This document shows positions 20,378 to 31,788 of a DNA stretch of 64,000 nucleotides, one piece after another. Under the pieces are notes generated by a model. The model saw only the letters and a list, made by a program, of their open reading frames with translations. It was not told the DNA's origin and did no database searches. The position numbers and the translations under genes are program-made. Location: the NCBI GenBank assembly GCA_034519945.1, contig JAXHNX010000024.1:22520-86519 (forward strand), written 5' to 3'. The DNA comes from Rheinheimera sp. Its GTDB lineage: Bacteria > Pseudomonadota > Gammaproteobacteria > Enterobacterales > Alteromonadaceae. Position 1 is the stretch's first letter. Each line of letters begins with the position of its first letter.

Positions 20378-22228
20378 ATGCCTAAATTACGTTCAGCCAC
20401 CACCACCGAAGGCCGCAATATGGCGGGCGCCCGCGCGTTATGGCGCGCCACTGGCGTCAAAGATACCGATTTCGGCAAGCCAATCATCGCCGTGGTGAAC
20501 TCATTTACCCAATTTGTGCCGGGCCATGTGCATTTACGCGATCTCGGCAAGCTGGTGGCCGAAGCCATTGAAGCCGCCGGCGGTATCGCCAAAGAATTTA
20601 ACACCATCGCCATCGATGACGGCATCGCGATGGGCCACGGCGGCATGCTGTACAGCCTGCCGTCACGCGAAATCATCGCCGACTCAGTGGAATATATGGT
20701 GAACGGCCACTGCGCCGACGCCATGGTCTGTATCTCCAACTGCGACAAAATCACCCCCGGCATGTTAATGGCCGCGCTGCGCCTGAATATCCCGGCGATT
20801 TTTGTTTCCGGTGGCCCGATGGAAGCCGGTAAAACCAAGCTGTCCGATCAAATTATCAAGCTCGATTTAGTCGACGCCATGGTGTCGGCCGCCGACCCGA
20901 AAGTGTCAGACGAAGACAGCGAAAAAATCGAACGCAGCGCCTGCCCAACGTGCGGTTCCTGTTCAGGTATGTTCACCGCCAACTCGATGAACTGTTTAGT
21001 GGAAGCTTTAGGTTTAGGTCAGCCGGGCAATGGCTCGATGCTGGCGACGCACGCCGACCGTAAAGCGCTGTTTGTCAGCGCCGGCACGCGCATCATGGAA
21101 CTGTGTAACCGTTGGTATCAGCAGGACGACGTCACTGCGCTGCCGCGTTCTATCGCCAATAAAACCGCTTTTGAAAACGCCATGATGCTGGATATCGCGA
21201 TGGGCGGCTCCACCAACACAGTGCTGCATTTACTGGCCGCCGCCATTGAAGCCGAAGTCGATTTTGGCATGGCCGACATCGACCGGCTGTCGCGCATCGT
21301 GCCGCATTTATCCAAAGTGGCGCCGTCGACGCAGAAATACCATATGGAAGATGTGCACCGCGCCGGTGGTGTGGTCGCCATTCTGGCTGAGTTACAGCGC
21401 GCTGGTCTGGTCAACCCGGACACGCCGCATGTGGCTGGCAGTTCGCTCGGTGATGTATTAAACCGTTTTGACATCATGACCACGCAAGATCAGGCGGTAA
21501 AAGACTTCTACCGCGCCGGCCCGGCCGGTATCCGCACCACGCAGGCGTTTTCGCAAAATTGCCGTTACCCAACGCTGGATGATGACCGCGAAAACGGCTG
21601 TATCCGCAGCAAAGAACATGCGTATTCACAGGACGGCGGTTTAGCCGTGTTGTTCGGCAACCTGGCGCCAAACGGCTGTATCGTTAAAACCGCCGGTGTC
21701 GACAAAGACAACCTGGTGTTTAACGGCGTGGCGCGGATCTTTGAAAGCCAGGACGACGCTGTGGCGGCGATCCTGGCCGGCCGTGTGGTGGCTGGCGACG
21801 TGGTGGTCATTCGCTACGAAGGGCCAAAAGGCGGCCCGGGTATGCAGGAAATGTTGTACCCAACCAGCTACTTAAAATCGATGGGCTTAGGCAAAGCTTG
21901 CGCCTTAATCACCGACGGCCGTTTCTCCGGCGGTACTTCTGGCCTGTCGATTGGCCACGTGTCACCGGAAGCCGCCAGTGGCGGTGCCATTGCGCTGGTT
22001 GAAGAAGGCGACGGCATTGACATCGACATTCCAAACCGCAGTATTAATATTCGAATTTCTGACGAAACCCTGACGGCGCGCCGCGCTGCGATGGACGCCA
22101 AAGGCAAACTAGGCTGGAAACCGGTTGACCGTACCCGTTACGTCAGCCCGGCATTAAAAGCCTATGCCTTATTGGCAAGCTCAGCTGACAAAGGCGCAGT
22201 GCGCGATTTGTCCAAGCTGGAAGACTAA
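20378..22228 (+). CDS. ilvD: Dihydroxy-acid dehydratase
   Basis: [31 protein letters not shown] and TDGRFSGG. Confidence 0.98.
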   Translation: MPKLRSATTTEGRNMAGARALWRATGVKDTDFGKPIIAVVNSFTQFVPGHVHLRDLGKLVAEAIEAAGGIAKEFNTIAIDDGIAMGHGGMLYSLPSREIIADSVEYMVNGHCADAMVCISNCDKITPGMLMAALRLNIPAIFVSGGPMEAGKTKLSDQIIKLDLVDAMVSAADPKVSDEDSEKIERSACPTCGSCSGMFTANSMNCLVEALGLGQPGNGSMLATHADRKALFVSAGTRIMELCNRWYQQDDVTALPRSIANKTAFENAMMLDIAMGGSTNTVLHLLAAAIEAEVDFGMADIDRLSRIVPHLSKVAPSTQKYHMEDVHRAGGVVAILAELQRAGLVNPDTPHVAGSSLGDVLNRFDIMTTQDQAVKDFYRAGPAGIRTTQAFSQNCRYPTLDDDRENGCIRSKEHAYSQDGGLAVLFGNLAPNGCIVKTAGVDKDNLVFNGVARIFESQDDAVAAILAGRVVAGDVVVIRYEGPKGGPGMQEMLYPTSYLKSMGLGKACALITDGRFSGGTSGLSIGHVSPEAASGGAIALVEEGDGIDIDIPNRSINIRISDETLTARRAAMDAKGKLGWKPVDRTRYVSPALKAYALLASSADKGAVRDLSKLED

Positions 22229-22291
22229 TAGTTTCAGGCCGGTGCTGTGGGTAAAAAGCCACAGCCCGGCCAATCAGAAAGGCGAGACCTC

Positions 22292-23956
22292 ATGACTGCG
22301 TTACAACAAGTGCCTGCTTCAGACTCGGGCACGGCTGCACGACAAGCCCATCCGGCTGACCAGGCGAAGCCGCATGATGAAAAAGCTGCGCTGCAACAAC
22401 ATTTCCTGCGCGAAATTTTATTATCGCCGGTGTATCAGGCGGCGGTGGAAACCCCGTTACAGGCGATGCCAAAACTGAGCAAACGCCTCGGCTGCCAGGT
22501 GGAACTCAAACGCGAAGACCATCAGCCGGTGTATTCCTTTAAGCTGCGTGGCGCTTTTCATAAGCTGCATAAAGTAGCAGCGAAGGCCACCGCCGCGGGC
22601 ACTTTAGACAGCACGCGGGTCATTTGTGCTTCGGCCGGCAACCACGCGCAAGGCGTGGCTTTATCTGCCAGCAAATTAGGCCTGCACGCCACTATTGTGA
22701 TGCCCATCACCACGCCAGAAATCAAAGTTAGCGCGGTACGCGGTTTTGGCGGCAATGTGCTGCTGCACGGCACCGCCTTTGACGAAGCCAACCGCCACGC
22801 CATTGAGCTGGCAAAAAACACCGGCGCTATTTACATTCCGCCGTTTGACGATGTGGATGTCATCGCCGGCCAAGGCACTGTGGCGAAAGAATTATTGATG
22901 CAAAACAATCAGTTAAACGCGGTATTTATTCCGGTCGGCGGCGGTGGTTTATTGGCCGGTATGGCGGTGTATATCAAAGCCGTGCTGCCAAATGTGCGCG
23001 TGATTGGCGTAGAGCCAGACGACGCCGCCTGTTTAGACGCCGCACTCAAAGCCGGTGAACCAGTGACGTTAGACCGCGTTGGTTTATTCGCCGACGGCGT
23101 GGCAGTCAAACGCATCGGCACTGAAACTTTTAAACTGGCCCAGCTGTTTTGCGACGAAGTGGTCACAGTCACCAGCGACGAAATCTGCGCCGCCATCAAA
23201 GACATCTTCGAAGACTTACGCGCCGTCGCCGAACCGGCTGGTGCTTTGGCGTTAGCGGGCCTGAAAAAATACGCGCAGCAACATAGCCAGACCGGCGACG
23301 TGAACGAACAAACGCAGCTGGCGGCAGTATTAAGTGGCGCCAACCTGAACTTTGACACGCTGCGGTATGTCTCCGAGCGCTGTGAACTGGGTGAGAAAAA
23401 AGAAGCAGTATTCGCTGTGACTATTCCAGAAGAAAAAGGCAGTTTCCGCCGCTTCTGCCAAACGCTCGGCGGCCGCGCCATCACCGAATTTAACTACCGC
23501 TACGCCAGTGACAACAAAGCGCATATTTTTGTTGGCATTAAGCTGCGTAACGGCGCACAAGAACTGGCGCAAGTGACACAAGCACTAACGGACGCCGGCT
23601 ACCAGTTCCAGGATTTATCCGACGACGAACTGGCCAAACTGCACGTCCGCCACATGGTCGGCGGCATGCCACCGCGCCTGGTCAACGAACAAGTCTACCA
23701 ATTCAACTTCCCGGAATACCCCGGCGCCCTGATGAACTTCCTCAACACTCTCGGCGAGAAATGGAATATCACGTTGTTCCACTACCGCAACCACGGCGCC
23801 GCGACTGGTGATGTATTGGCAGGTTTTGAAATTGCTGATCCGGCAGAGATTGAAGGGCATTTAGAGGCTTTGGGATATCCGTATCAGCTGGTGAGCGGCA
23901 ATAGTTCTTATCGGACTTTTTTGACGGGTGAAGTCGGGGTTTCGAAGCGCAACTAA
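22292..23956 (+). CDS. ilvA: Biosynthetic threonine ammonia-lyase
   Basis: SFKLRGA, SAGNHAQG, PVGGGGL and two regulatory domains (FPEYPGAL, LFHYRNHG). Confidence 0.97.
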   Translation: MTALQQVPASDSGTAARQAHPADQAKPHDEKAALQQHFLREILLSPVYQAAVETPLQAMPKLSKRLGCQVELKREDHQPVYSFKLRGAFHKLHKVAAKATAAGTLDSTRVICASAGNHAQGVALSASKLGLHATIVMPITTPEIKVSAVRGFGGNVLLHGTAFDEANRHAIELAKNTGAIYIPPFDDVDVIAGQGTVAKELLMQNNQLNAVFIPVGGGGLLAGMAVYIKAVLPNVRVIGVEPDDAACLDAALKAGEPVTLDRVGLFADGVAVKRIGTETFKLAQLFCDEVVTVTSDEICAAIKDIFEDLRAVAEPAGALALAGLKKYAQQHSQTGDVNEQTQLAAVLSGANLNFDTLRYVSERCELGEKKEAVFAVTIPEEKGSFRRFCQTLGGRAITEFNYRYASDNKAHIFVGIKLRNGAQELAQVTQALTDAGYQFQDLSDDELAKLHVRHMVGGMPPRLVNEQVYQFNFPEYPGALMNFLNTLGEKWNITLFHYRNHGAATGDVLAGFEIADPAEIEGHLEALGYPYQLVSGNSSYRTFLTGEVGVSKRN

Positions 23957-23999
23957 TGTTGCGCTTCGCCGACTGAACGCCCTGAGCTCTGCGAAGGGC
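23609..23999 (+). repeat. Left copy of a 391-bp direct repeat (ilvA 3' end plus downstream hairpins)
   Basis: Matches 25730-26120 at a constant offset of 2121 with about 18 substitutions (manual count). Confidence 0.95.
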
Positions 24000-24006
24000 A
24001 ATATTG

Positions 24007-25560
24007 TCATTTGCGATTCATTACTTCGGTTACATCGATGGAAAATTTAGCTTTCACCGTACCGATGATGTCTATGGCAATCGCTTCTACAGATAACAGC
24101 AGCGTCTCGTCGATAAACTGCAGGACCTGATTGAGTTTGGCCTTGGAGATCATGCCGTTGTTGCTTAATAACAACGAAACCAAATGGTCGAGCTGTTTAT
24201 TGGGAATGTCACAGCTGCGGTTAATGAAATTTTTAATGGTATCAAAGCAAATCAGTAAGCAAATTTCTTCTATCAGCTCGGATGCAACTGCAGTTTCCAT
24301 CATTTCGTAGACAAATTTTACATGCTCGGTGAAATCCGGATACCGGTACATATATTCAATATCGTTATGGATCATGATCTGCGACTCAGCCGAGAAAGAA
24401 TATTCAATCATCGACTGAATGGGTCTGGAAATACTCTCCAATACTTCATCATAGCGTTGGCTATTGCGCAAAATAGCCGCCGATATGGGAATAATAAACT
24501 TATGCGTGGATTCGCGCTGTTTCATTACGTCATGGATCAGATAGCGATGTAACCGGCCATTCCCGTCAATAAAGGGATGGATATACACTTCTGCAAAAGA
24601 AATCACCGCAGCATGAATAAGGGCCGGCATGCTCCTATCCAGCATCAGATTTTCGTGGGTGCTGAATAGCCCCTGCATCATACCGGGGACGTGTTTTGCC
24701 AGCGGGCCGATATAATGCACATCCTCATCGTGCATACCGTAGCGCTGAATGGTGCTGCCCACATAGATCTCGTCGGTTCTGTAATCATCAGCTTTCATCC
24801 GATCTGCAACGATCTGATTTTGAATATCAATCAGTTTGTGTTTGTTCAGCTCAAACAATCCGACATTTTTGATGGCGTTGAGAAAACGCTGCATCCGTTG
24901 TTTGTCAGGCGTTTCATTTTCTATCTCAACTGACGACTTGGTTTCTTTGGTATATAGATAGTTGATTGAACGGCCGAGCACATCGGTTGAAAGGACATCA
25001 CCAAAATCCTGCATTTTGGCATAGGCTGTCTGGTAGATATCGATACCGGCGATGTGCTGAATAGCTTTTGTCTTGCGCACTGTCGGGCAATAATCCCGGG
25101 TACCAATGGCATTATTTATCACGCGCATTCTTTTGTTGCGTGAGCCGCCTTGCAGGGTGTAATAAAATTCGTCTTCAAACAATTTAATGTAGTTACCACT
25201 GGTCAGTGCAGGTATCGGCAGTTCTCTGTCCATCAGCCATTCATATAAAAACCACAGGACTCTGTGGTATTTCGCCTGCGGCGCGCTGGTGATAAAGTCA
25301 GTAAACTCTTTTATATCAATAACTTTAAACATGGCAGCAAAAAAATGTAGCCTGATTCCCTGATATTTGATTGCAGCGCACATATGTTCGTATGGAGATT
25401 CCGGCATTTTGCCTGTCGCCGGGATCACTTTCCGACGGGACGCACCATACTGCACCATATGCACGTCAGTCACTGCCGCGTCCGAAAACACCTCGACATT
25501 TAGTTTAGGAAGCAGTAACTTATAAAATTGGTTCAGATAAGTGTACCCAACTGGTTTCAT
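24007..25560 (-). CDS. Fic family protein (long form)
   Basis: Canonical HPFIDGNGRLHR motif, GGAGG RBS, and AT-richer than the flanks. Confidence 0.92.
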   Translation of the reverse strand: MKPVGYTYLNQFYKLLLPKLNVEVFSDAAVTDVHMVQYGASRRKVIPATGKMPESPYEHMCAAIKYQGIRLHFFAAMFKVIDIKEFTDFITSAPQAKYHRVLWFLYEWLMDRELPIPALTSGNYIKLFEDEFYYTLQGGSRNKRMRVINNAIGTRDYCPTVRKTKAIQHIAGIDIYQTAYAKMQDFGDVLSTDVLGRSINYLYTKETKSSVEIENETPDKQRMQRFLNAIKNVGLFELNKHKLIDIQNQIVADRMKADDYRTDEIYVGSTIQRYGMHDEDVHYIGPLAKHVPGMMQGLFSTHENLMLDRSMPALIHAAVISFAEVYIHPFIDGNGRLHRYLIHDVMKQRESTHKFIIPISAAILRNSQRYDEVLESISRPIQSMIEYSFSAESQIMIHNDIEYMYRYPDFTEHVKFVYEMMETAVASELIEEICLLICFDTIKNFINRSCDIPNKQLDHLVSLLLSNNGMISKAKLNQVLQFIDETLLLSVEAIAIDIIGTVKAKFSIDVTEVMNRK

Positions 25561-25729
25561 GAGCTGACCTCCTTTCGCTTCTTCTGCAGTAATAACGTTT
25601 ATTTTCCCACAATAGCACTTACAAGATGGCCTATCCACTTACAAAGTCTAGTTATGACTTATGCTCTGGAATTTTTAATTACAAAATTGCTATTTCAGTT
25701 ATAAATTGCCGAGATGGAGTATTCCGCTA

Positions 25730-26120
25730 CAGGATTTATCCGACGACGAACTGGCCAAACTGCACGTCCGCCACATGGTCGGCGGCATGCCACCACGCCT
25801 GGTTAACGAACAAGTCTACCAATTCAACTTCCCGGAATACCCCGGCGCGCTGATGAACTTCCTCAACACCCTCGGCGAGAAATGGAACATCACCTTGTTC
25901 CACTATCGCAACCACGGCGCCGCTACCGGTGACGTGCTGGCAGGCTTTGAAATTGCTGATCCGTCAGAGATTGAAGGGCATTTAGAGGCGTTGGGATATC
26001 CGTATCAGCTGGTGAGTGGGAATAGTTCTTACCGGACTTTTTTGACGGGTGAAGTCGGGGTTTCGAAGCGCAACTAATGTTGCGCTTCGCCGACTGAACG
26101 CCCTGAGCTCTGCGAAGGGC
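25730..26120 (+). pseudogene. ilvA: Duplicated ilvA 3' fragment (right copy of the direct repeat)
   Basis: Encodes QDLSDDELAKLHVRHMVGG...GEVGVSKRN, identical to the IlvA C-terminus except for one A/S change. Confidence 0.93.
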
Positions 26121-26678
26121 CGGAGGGGGGAAGTGAGTTCTCGCCCAAATTGCGGTCGTCCGTACGTATGTAATCTGCGGTTTTCATGCCCTACGCTTGG
26201 CAATGGCCTTGTGGCGGTTACAATGGACGCACTTATGCATAAGGATTTGGTATGCAGAACCGCAGCTATTTTTATCTTACCGTGCTGATTGCATTGGTTA
26301 TTTTTGGGGCTTGCCTATTGATGGCTGGCCCGATGCGCCCCGGTTTGCCTGTGATGACCGATTGGAGCGTGCGGCTTCTTTATATTCAGCAGCACTTGGG
26401 GTGGTGGCAACTGGGCTGGTTATGCTGGATGGCGTCCGCTTTGGGTTTACTCACTTTCTGCTGTTTACTCTCAACCACGCTGACGGTAACACCTTGGCGC
26501 ACACTGGCGCTGACGTTGGTGGGCCTCGGCTTAGTGCCAGATCTCATTGCAGAAACCTTATATGCCTTTGTTTTTCCTATCCTGATAGCACAGGAAAGTA
26601 GCATGGCTTTGCTGCAGTTGGTCGATGTGACCGCGATGTACCTGACCGGCTTCTTAGGCAATGGGTTGTACAATCTGG

Positions 26679-27999
26679 CTGAGGTATCCCCAGAAATATG
26701 GAAGGTAAAACAATAATTTAGGCGTGATGGGAACATTCATGGCAGTTCCTGATCTGATCTTTCGCCAAAAACACCTAACCGCGGAACACGCCATGAACGT
26801 TCAAGCCATGCTCGCCGATTTTTTATCTGTTGTCACCCCAAAAAATTTCCACAAACATCTTTTAAATTCGTTGACGGCGTCACTGCAAAGTTTGCTGACT
26901 AACGGCCAGTGCACTGTCACCGCGATTGGTCGCGGCATTGATAGTGACGCGCAAGAAAAGCACTGCATTAAACGCGCAGACCGGCTGCTGAGCCACACCA
27001 CTATACAACAGACAGTACCAGAGTTTTATACTTTGATGACTGGCGCATTAGTGAAGGGAAAACAACCACTTATTTTGGTCGACTGGAGTAATGCCGACAA
27101 ACAACGCCGCCATTTTATCCTGCGCGCCAGCCTGGCTGTTGAAGGTCGGGCGATGACGCTGCTGCAGATGGTCACGACCGAGTCTGACTACAACTGCCCA
27201 CATCTTCACAAAGCCTTTTTGACCCGGTTAAAGGCGATGCTACCCAAGCGATGCCGGCCGGTCATTGTCACCGATGCAGGCTTTAAAGTGCCGTGGTTTA
27301 AAGAAGTAAGCGCCTTAGGCTGGCATTTTATCGGTCGGGTGCGAGGTCAGGTATCGCTCCGATTGCCGGGGGAATCCGAATTTATCAGCGTCTCGAAAGT
27401 GTATAAAAAGTCCAAACAACAGCCGATGGTGCTGGGTGAAATTGCGCTGGGCCAATCTCAGCAATATGCCTGTCGCGCCGTGCTCGCTGGCAAGGGCTGG
27501 AAACTGAAAAAAAGTGACAAACATCTGCCGTTCAAAGAGCCATGGTTGTTGGTGTCTAATTTGGCCTATTGCTTCAATTATGCGAAGAAAATCAATAAGC
27601 TCTATGCAGCGAGGATGCAAATTGAAGAAGCATTCCGCGACCAGAAAAGTCAGACCTACGGCCTTGGCAGCAACGCGCATCGAACGAAAAAGAAAGGCCG
27701 GTTAGAGGTGTTACTGTTGCTGGCAGCACTCGCCAACTGGCTACATTACATGGTGGGTCTGGCGGCAGAACTGGCTGGCAAACACCGGTCGTTCCAGGCG
27801 AACTCGCTGAAAACACGCAGAGTGTTGTCGTTCAATTATCTGGGCAAACGACTATGCCGGTTAGCCAGAGTGGGAATCAGCGGCGAGGAAATCCAAGCGG
27901 CAGTCAGGCAACTGCTTGAATGGGCGAGTGTTTTTGATTGGGCAAATGTCAGGAAGGTGATCGGATAATATGGTCAAAAAATATCTGGGGATCCTTCAG
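26679..27999 (+). mobile_element. IS4-family (IS10-like) insertion sequence, 1321 bp
   Basis: Terminal IRs CTGAGGTATCCCCAGA / CTGAAGGATCCCCAGA and a 9-bp target duplication ACAATCTGG at 26670-26678 and 28000-28008. Confidence 0.96.
26793..27968 (+). CDS. IS4-family DDE transposase
   Basis: LVDWS, VTDAGF and the YREK signature YAARMQIEEAFRDQK. Confidence 0.96.
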   Translation: MNVQAMLADFLSVVTPKNFHKHLLNSLTASLQSLLTNGQCTVTAIGRGIDSDAQEKHCIKRADRLLSHTTIQQTVPEFYTLMTGALVKGKQPLILVDWSNADKQRRHFILRASLAVEGRAMTLLQMVTTESDYNCPHLHKAFLTRLKAMLPKRCRPVIVTDAGFKVPWFKEVSALGWHFIGRVRGQVSLRLPGESEFISVSKVYKKSKQQPMVLGEIALGQSQQYACRAVLAGKGWKLKKSDKHLPFKEPWLLVSNLAYCFNYAKKINKLYAARMQIEEAFRDQKSQTYGLGSNAHRTKKKGRLEVLLLLAALANWLHYMVGLAAELAGKHRSFQANSLKTRRVLSFNYLGKRLCRLARVGISGEEIQAAVRQLLEWASVFDWANVRKVIG

Positions 28000-28221
28000 A
28001 CAATCTGGGCGGATTAGGTCTGACACTGCTCTTGTGGCAGCAACAACCTCAACTGAAAGCCTGGCTGTTGCCAGGTTTCGTCGCTTGGATAGCAGGTTTT
28101 GGTTTATCAGTATCCATTGCACTGCAGCAGTTAGGCTGGGCCGAAGTACTGACCGCATTTAGCATGGCGTTCAGCACTGCTTGGTTTGTGCTGATAGCCT
28201 ACCGTTTATGGTACAAAGCCG

Positions 28222-28708
28222 ATGTATAGCCTGCTGAAACTAATCCATATTGGCTCACTAGTGCTCTGGCTTGGTCCGGCATTGGGCTCGTGGCTGGTGC
28301 TACGGTATATGCAGCGCCAGCATGGAGAACTTAGCCCGGCGACCGGCTTGGTCTACAAAGTGTTTTTTGCCACTATTACTCTCGAACATGTGGCGTTTTG
28401 TACTTTATTGCTGAGCGGCACTTGGATGGCTTTCAGTTATGGCTGGCTGGAAATGCCTTGGCTGCAGAACAAATTGCTATTGGTATTGCTGCTGATAGTA
28501 CCGCTTGAAATAGTGGATATCTGGCTGGGTAACTGGAAAGTAAAGCAGCTCGTCCGCCGCCGCTCTGCCGGTGTTGCGTTGTCAGAGAAAACGGACATGC
28601 GCTAATCCGTTTTTATCACCGTGGTTTCACCTGGGTTGCAATAGCCTGTTGCCGCCAACCGTATTGCTGATTATGTGGTTGGCGGTTTCAAAGCAGGGCT
28701 TGTGGTAG
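28222..28708 (+). CDS. Small multi-TM protein (DUF2269-like), frameshifted near the 3' end
   Basis: LKLIHIGSLVLWLG...WLQNKLLLV; hydrophobic coding continues in other frames to a TAG at about 28708. Confidence 0.6.
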
Positions 28709-28713
28709 TGACG

Positions 28714-29019
28714 TTATTCACATCTGGCGTCGGTGAATTTCTTCTGGATATAGTCACCGGCAAAGCTGCCTTTAAGCGCGGCCAGCTTTTGACACATTTG
28801 TGTTCTGAGCCAGCTTTTAATAAAGGTTTCCCAGGCAGTTAATGTCATCACCAGCGCCGCGCGCTTTAGCACTTCATTGGCTTGTTGCTCGGGTTTGGAT
28901 AATTTGTCGAATAGCTCAAGCAGTCGTTCCCCGCTTTGAATAAAAAGCGCAATGGCGGTATCAAAAATAGCAATGGGGTTTTCCGGCGCGGCAGTGGGTG
29001 CCGTTGCAGTCTGAACCAT
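28714..29019 (-). pseudogene. Truncated HEPN (RiboL-PSP-like) protein
   Basis: LKRAALVMTLTAWETFIK resembles the N-terminal helix of RiboL-PSP-HEPN; the ORF stops before any RxxxxH motif. Confidence 0.55.
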
Positions 29020-29216
29020 CCATGTCCTCCTGATTGACTTGCGGGCCCGCTCGGGTGGCGGTTGTCCTTGTCACTATTTATTCACAGTAAAACAGCGCTT
29101 GCTGGCTGACAAGTCATTTTTTTGGGGACGGATGTTTGGCGGTTGCCGATACCGGATATCGAAGCGGATTGCACGGCACTCGCCGTGAAAATGGCATTAA
29201 TGCGCATAAAAGCTCA

Positions 29217-29687
29217 TTATTTCGCCCCTTTGTTTTTAGCGTGCCAGGCATCAGTAATAATCGGCACTATCGCCTGGTCGACGCAGGCTTTGATTTTGGC
29301 TTTGTCTCTGCCGAATTGTTGTTCGCAGTCTTTGGCGACGGCGAATAATGCGGCGGTGGTTTTGTCGGAGTGGATGTTGCCGACTTCGGTCAGGCAGATG
29401 TTAAAGAAGTACTCGCGGGCGGCGACGGGGTTCAGGCCGTCGGTTTTATAGGCGAATTTCAGTAGGTGTTGCGGCACCGCTTGTTGCCAGTAGCCGCTGG
29501 GCGCGGTGGCGTAGCGTTTTTGCAGTTCGGCTTCAACACCCTGACGCGGGAAGCCGTCGGCGCGTACGGTCAGCATCACTTCGACCAAATCGGCTTGTTG
29601 TCCGCATTCGGTGCGCGCATCGGCGGCACTGGCTGAGGTGGCAAATTGCAAGGCCAACAGGGCCAACATTCCTTTGTATCTGTGCAT
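29217..29687 (-). CDS. Exported hypothetical protein with 4 Cys
   Basis: Signal peptide ending ASA-A; AGGA RBS upstream. Confidence 0.65.
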   Translation of the reverse strand: MHRYKGMLALLALQFATSASAADARTECGQQADLVEVMLTVRADGFPRQGVEAELQKRYATAPSGYWQQAVPQHLLKFAYKTDGLNPVAAREYFFNICLTEVGNIHSDKTTAALFAVAKDCEQQFGRDKAKIKACVDQAIVPIITDAWHAKNKGAK

Positions 29688-29811
29688 TTTTATCATCCTG
29701 ATAGTGGCTTTGGCCCCGGTGTGACCTGATGGTCGCAACGGCAACAATAATCTAACAACCGGCACTCAGGTTGTCGACTGGTGGGCGGTTCGTGCCGCTA
29801 TATATGGTGGT

Positions 29812-31179
29812 TTACCCCAACACCTGCTTCGCCACCGCCAAACCCGACAGATATGCCCCATGCGCGGTGCCGAAATATTCTTTTTGTGTGGCTTCGCCGG
29901 CGAAAAACACTTGTTGGCCGAGTGGTGCGGCCAGGGTTTGGCGCATGGTTGGCGTGGCGCCGACGGCATTAAAGGAGTAGGAGCCGTAACTGAATGGATC
30001 TGTCGACCAGCGGGTGATTTGGTAATCTTGTGGGTTGGGAATGTCGTTGCCAAACATCAGCCGCAAGGTGGCCATGGCGCTGTCGACAAGCTGTTGGTCG
30101 GTCAGGGCTTCGATGGCGCGCCCGCGTTCTGCGGCGTTAAAGCCCATCAGCACCGGTTTTTGCGTGCTGCGTAACAAACTGACCCATTCGGTCCATTCGC
30201 CATGCTGTGGCGCAATATATTCCAGCCAGTCAACGTCGTCCGGCCAAAACGGCTTGGCAAAACGCAGATAACATTTGTTGAGGACACCCATGCCGAGCTT
30301 GGCAATGGCTTCGCGTTTGGCGGCCGGTAATGCCGGTACAAACTGCGGTTGGTGCTTTTTCAGCACGCCCAGCGGCACTGTGACGATGACTTGGTCCGCG
30401 TTGTAAGTCTGCTGCGCACAAACCACCTGCACACCGCTTTCCCCCCAATGAATCGCGCTGACCACCTGACCCGTTTTTATGTGCAGGCCACGCGCCAGAT
30501 ACTGCGTGATGAGCTGGTAACCTTGCGCAAATAACACATCGTCACCGCCGAAGGTTTTGACGCTGTCGTGCCAATGCACAGACAGCTCTGTGGCACTGCC
30601 GGAATACTCCTGCTCCAGGCTGCTGGATAGGATGAAATTGATAAAACGGGCGGACTGTCCGGCGTGCGCCGAATGGGCTAAGTCCGCACTTAATTCCGCC
30701 AGCGCCGCGCGCACGGACTGGTCGTTGTCGGTATTTTGCTGGGCCTGTCGCAGCGCCCGCTCGACTTGTTTGCGCAGTTTTTCCAGTTGTGCTTCGGCAT
30801 TGGCGTTTAATACTGCGCCGTCGCTGTCATGCAGCATGCTGCGCTCGTAACTGGTTTCCAGCCTTGTCGCGTTGATTTCATCCGCCAATGCGCTTAACGG
30901 ATTGCCGTCAACGCCGTGGATCCAGCTGGCGCCCAAATCAATCGGTAAATCCGGCCATTTGGTACTGGTCCAAATCCGCCCACCGATACGGTCACGCGCT
31001 TCGAGAATAGTGACATCATGGCCATGACGGCTTAATTCGCGCGCGGCGGTCAGGCCCGCCAGACCTGCGCCAATCACCAATATACGTCTTGGGGTTTTAG
31101 GTTTTAAAGGCTGCGCAAGCACAGGCGTTGAGGCTAATAACAACAGACTGAACAAACGTAAAAATTCGCGTTTTTGCAT
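29812..31179 (-). CDS. Flavin amine oxidase (polyamine/monoamine oxidase family) with a Tat-like signal
   Basis: [24 protein letters not shown] and [16 protein letters not shown]; N-terminal KREFL. Confidence 0.92.
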   Translation of the reverse strand: MQKREFLRLFSLLLLASTPVLAQPLKPKTPRRILVIGAGLAGLTAARELSRHGHDVTILEARDRIGGRIWTSTKWPDLPIDLGASWIHGVDGNPLSALADEINATRLETSYERSMLHDSDGAVLNANAEAQLEKLRKQVERALRQAQQNTDNDQSVRAALAELSADLAHSAHAGQSARFINFILSSSLEQEYSGSATELSVHWHDSVKTFGGDDVLFAQGYQLITQYLARGLHIKTGQVVSAIHWGESGVQVVCAQQTYNADQVIVTVPLGVLKKHQPQFVPALPAAKREAIAKLGMGVLNKCYLRFAKPFWPDDVDWLEYIAPQHGEWTEWVSLLRSTQKPVLMGFNAAERGRAIEALTDQQLVDSAMATLRLMFGNDIPNPQDYQITRWSTDPFSYGSYSFNAVGATPTMRQTLAAPLGQQVFFAGEATQKEYFGTAHGAYLSGLAVAKQVLG

Positions 31180-31377
31180 GCTGACACTCGCGGTTGGCAC
31201 TCGGTTACTGTTGCCATCTTCGTTTCGAACATTACTGCGTTAACTGTAGTTGGCCGAGAACTAAGTGCCAGCATCGCAGCTCCTACTTATGCCGTGCAAG
31301 TAGCCTGCGCCGTTACGCTGAGTTATGCTTTGCGGTATTCCTGTTTTAGCTTTATCGCCAATTCATAAGGACTTGTT

Positions 31378-31788
31378 ATGTCGCTGGATCTCAGCCCTCT
31401 GCTGAAGGCCGTCACTCGTTTGCAGGAAGGCTGGCAACGTTATCAACAAGATGTCTCTGATACGCAAATTCGCGATGGTTTAGTGCAGCGCTTTGAATTT
31501 ACCTATGAAATCAGCCACAAAATGCTCAAGCGTTTTCTTGAACAAACGGCAGCCAACCCTGAGCTTTTTGATGCGATGGCCTTTGCTGATTTAATTCGTA
31601 GCGGCAATGAAAAAGGGCTGCTGTTGGGTGACTGGCCGGCATGGCGGCTGTATCGTGATATGCGCAGCAAAACCAGCCATACCTATGATGAGGACGTGGC
31701 GCTGCAGGTCGTGGCAGGCATTCCGGCATTCTTGCACGAAGCGGAATATCTGGCGGCGCAGTTGCAGCAACGGGCGCAGCATGACTAA
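31378..31788 (+). CDS. HEPN / nucleotidyltransferase substrate-binding protein (HI0074 family)
   Basis: RDGLVQRFEFTYE and RSKTSHTY (Rx4H). Confidence 0.92.
   Translation: MSLDLSPLLKAVTRLQEGWQRYQQDVSDTQIRDGLVQRFEFTYEISHKMLKRFLEQTAANPELFDAMAFADLIRSGNEKGLLLGDWPAWRLYRDMRSKTSHTYDEDVALQVVAGIPAFLHEAEYLAAQLQQRAQHD

Larger units (their letters stand above)
26252..28229 (+). pseudogene. Multi-TM membrane protein interrupted by an IS
   Basis: Removing the IS and one TSD copy restores ...GNGLYNLGGLGLTLLLWQQQ... in frame. Confidence 0.88.
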
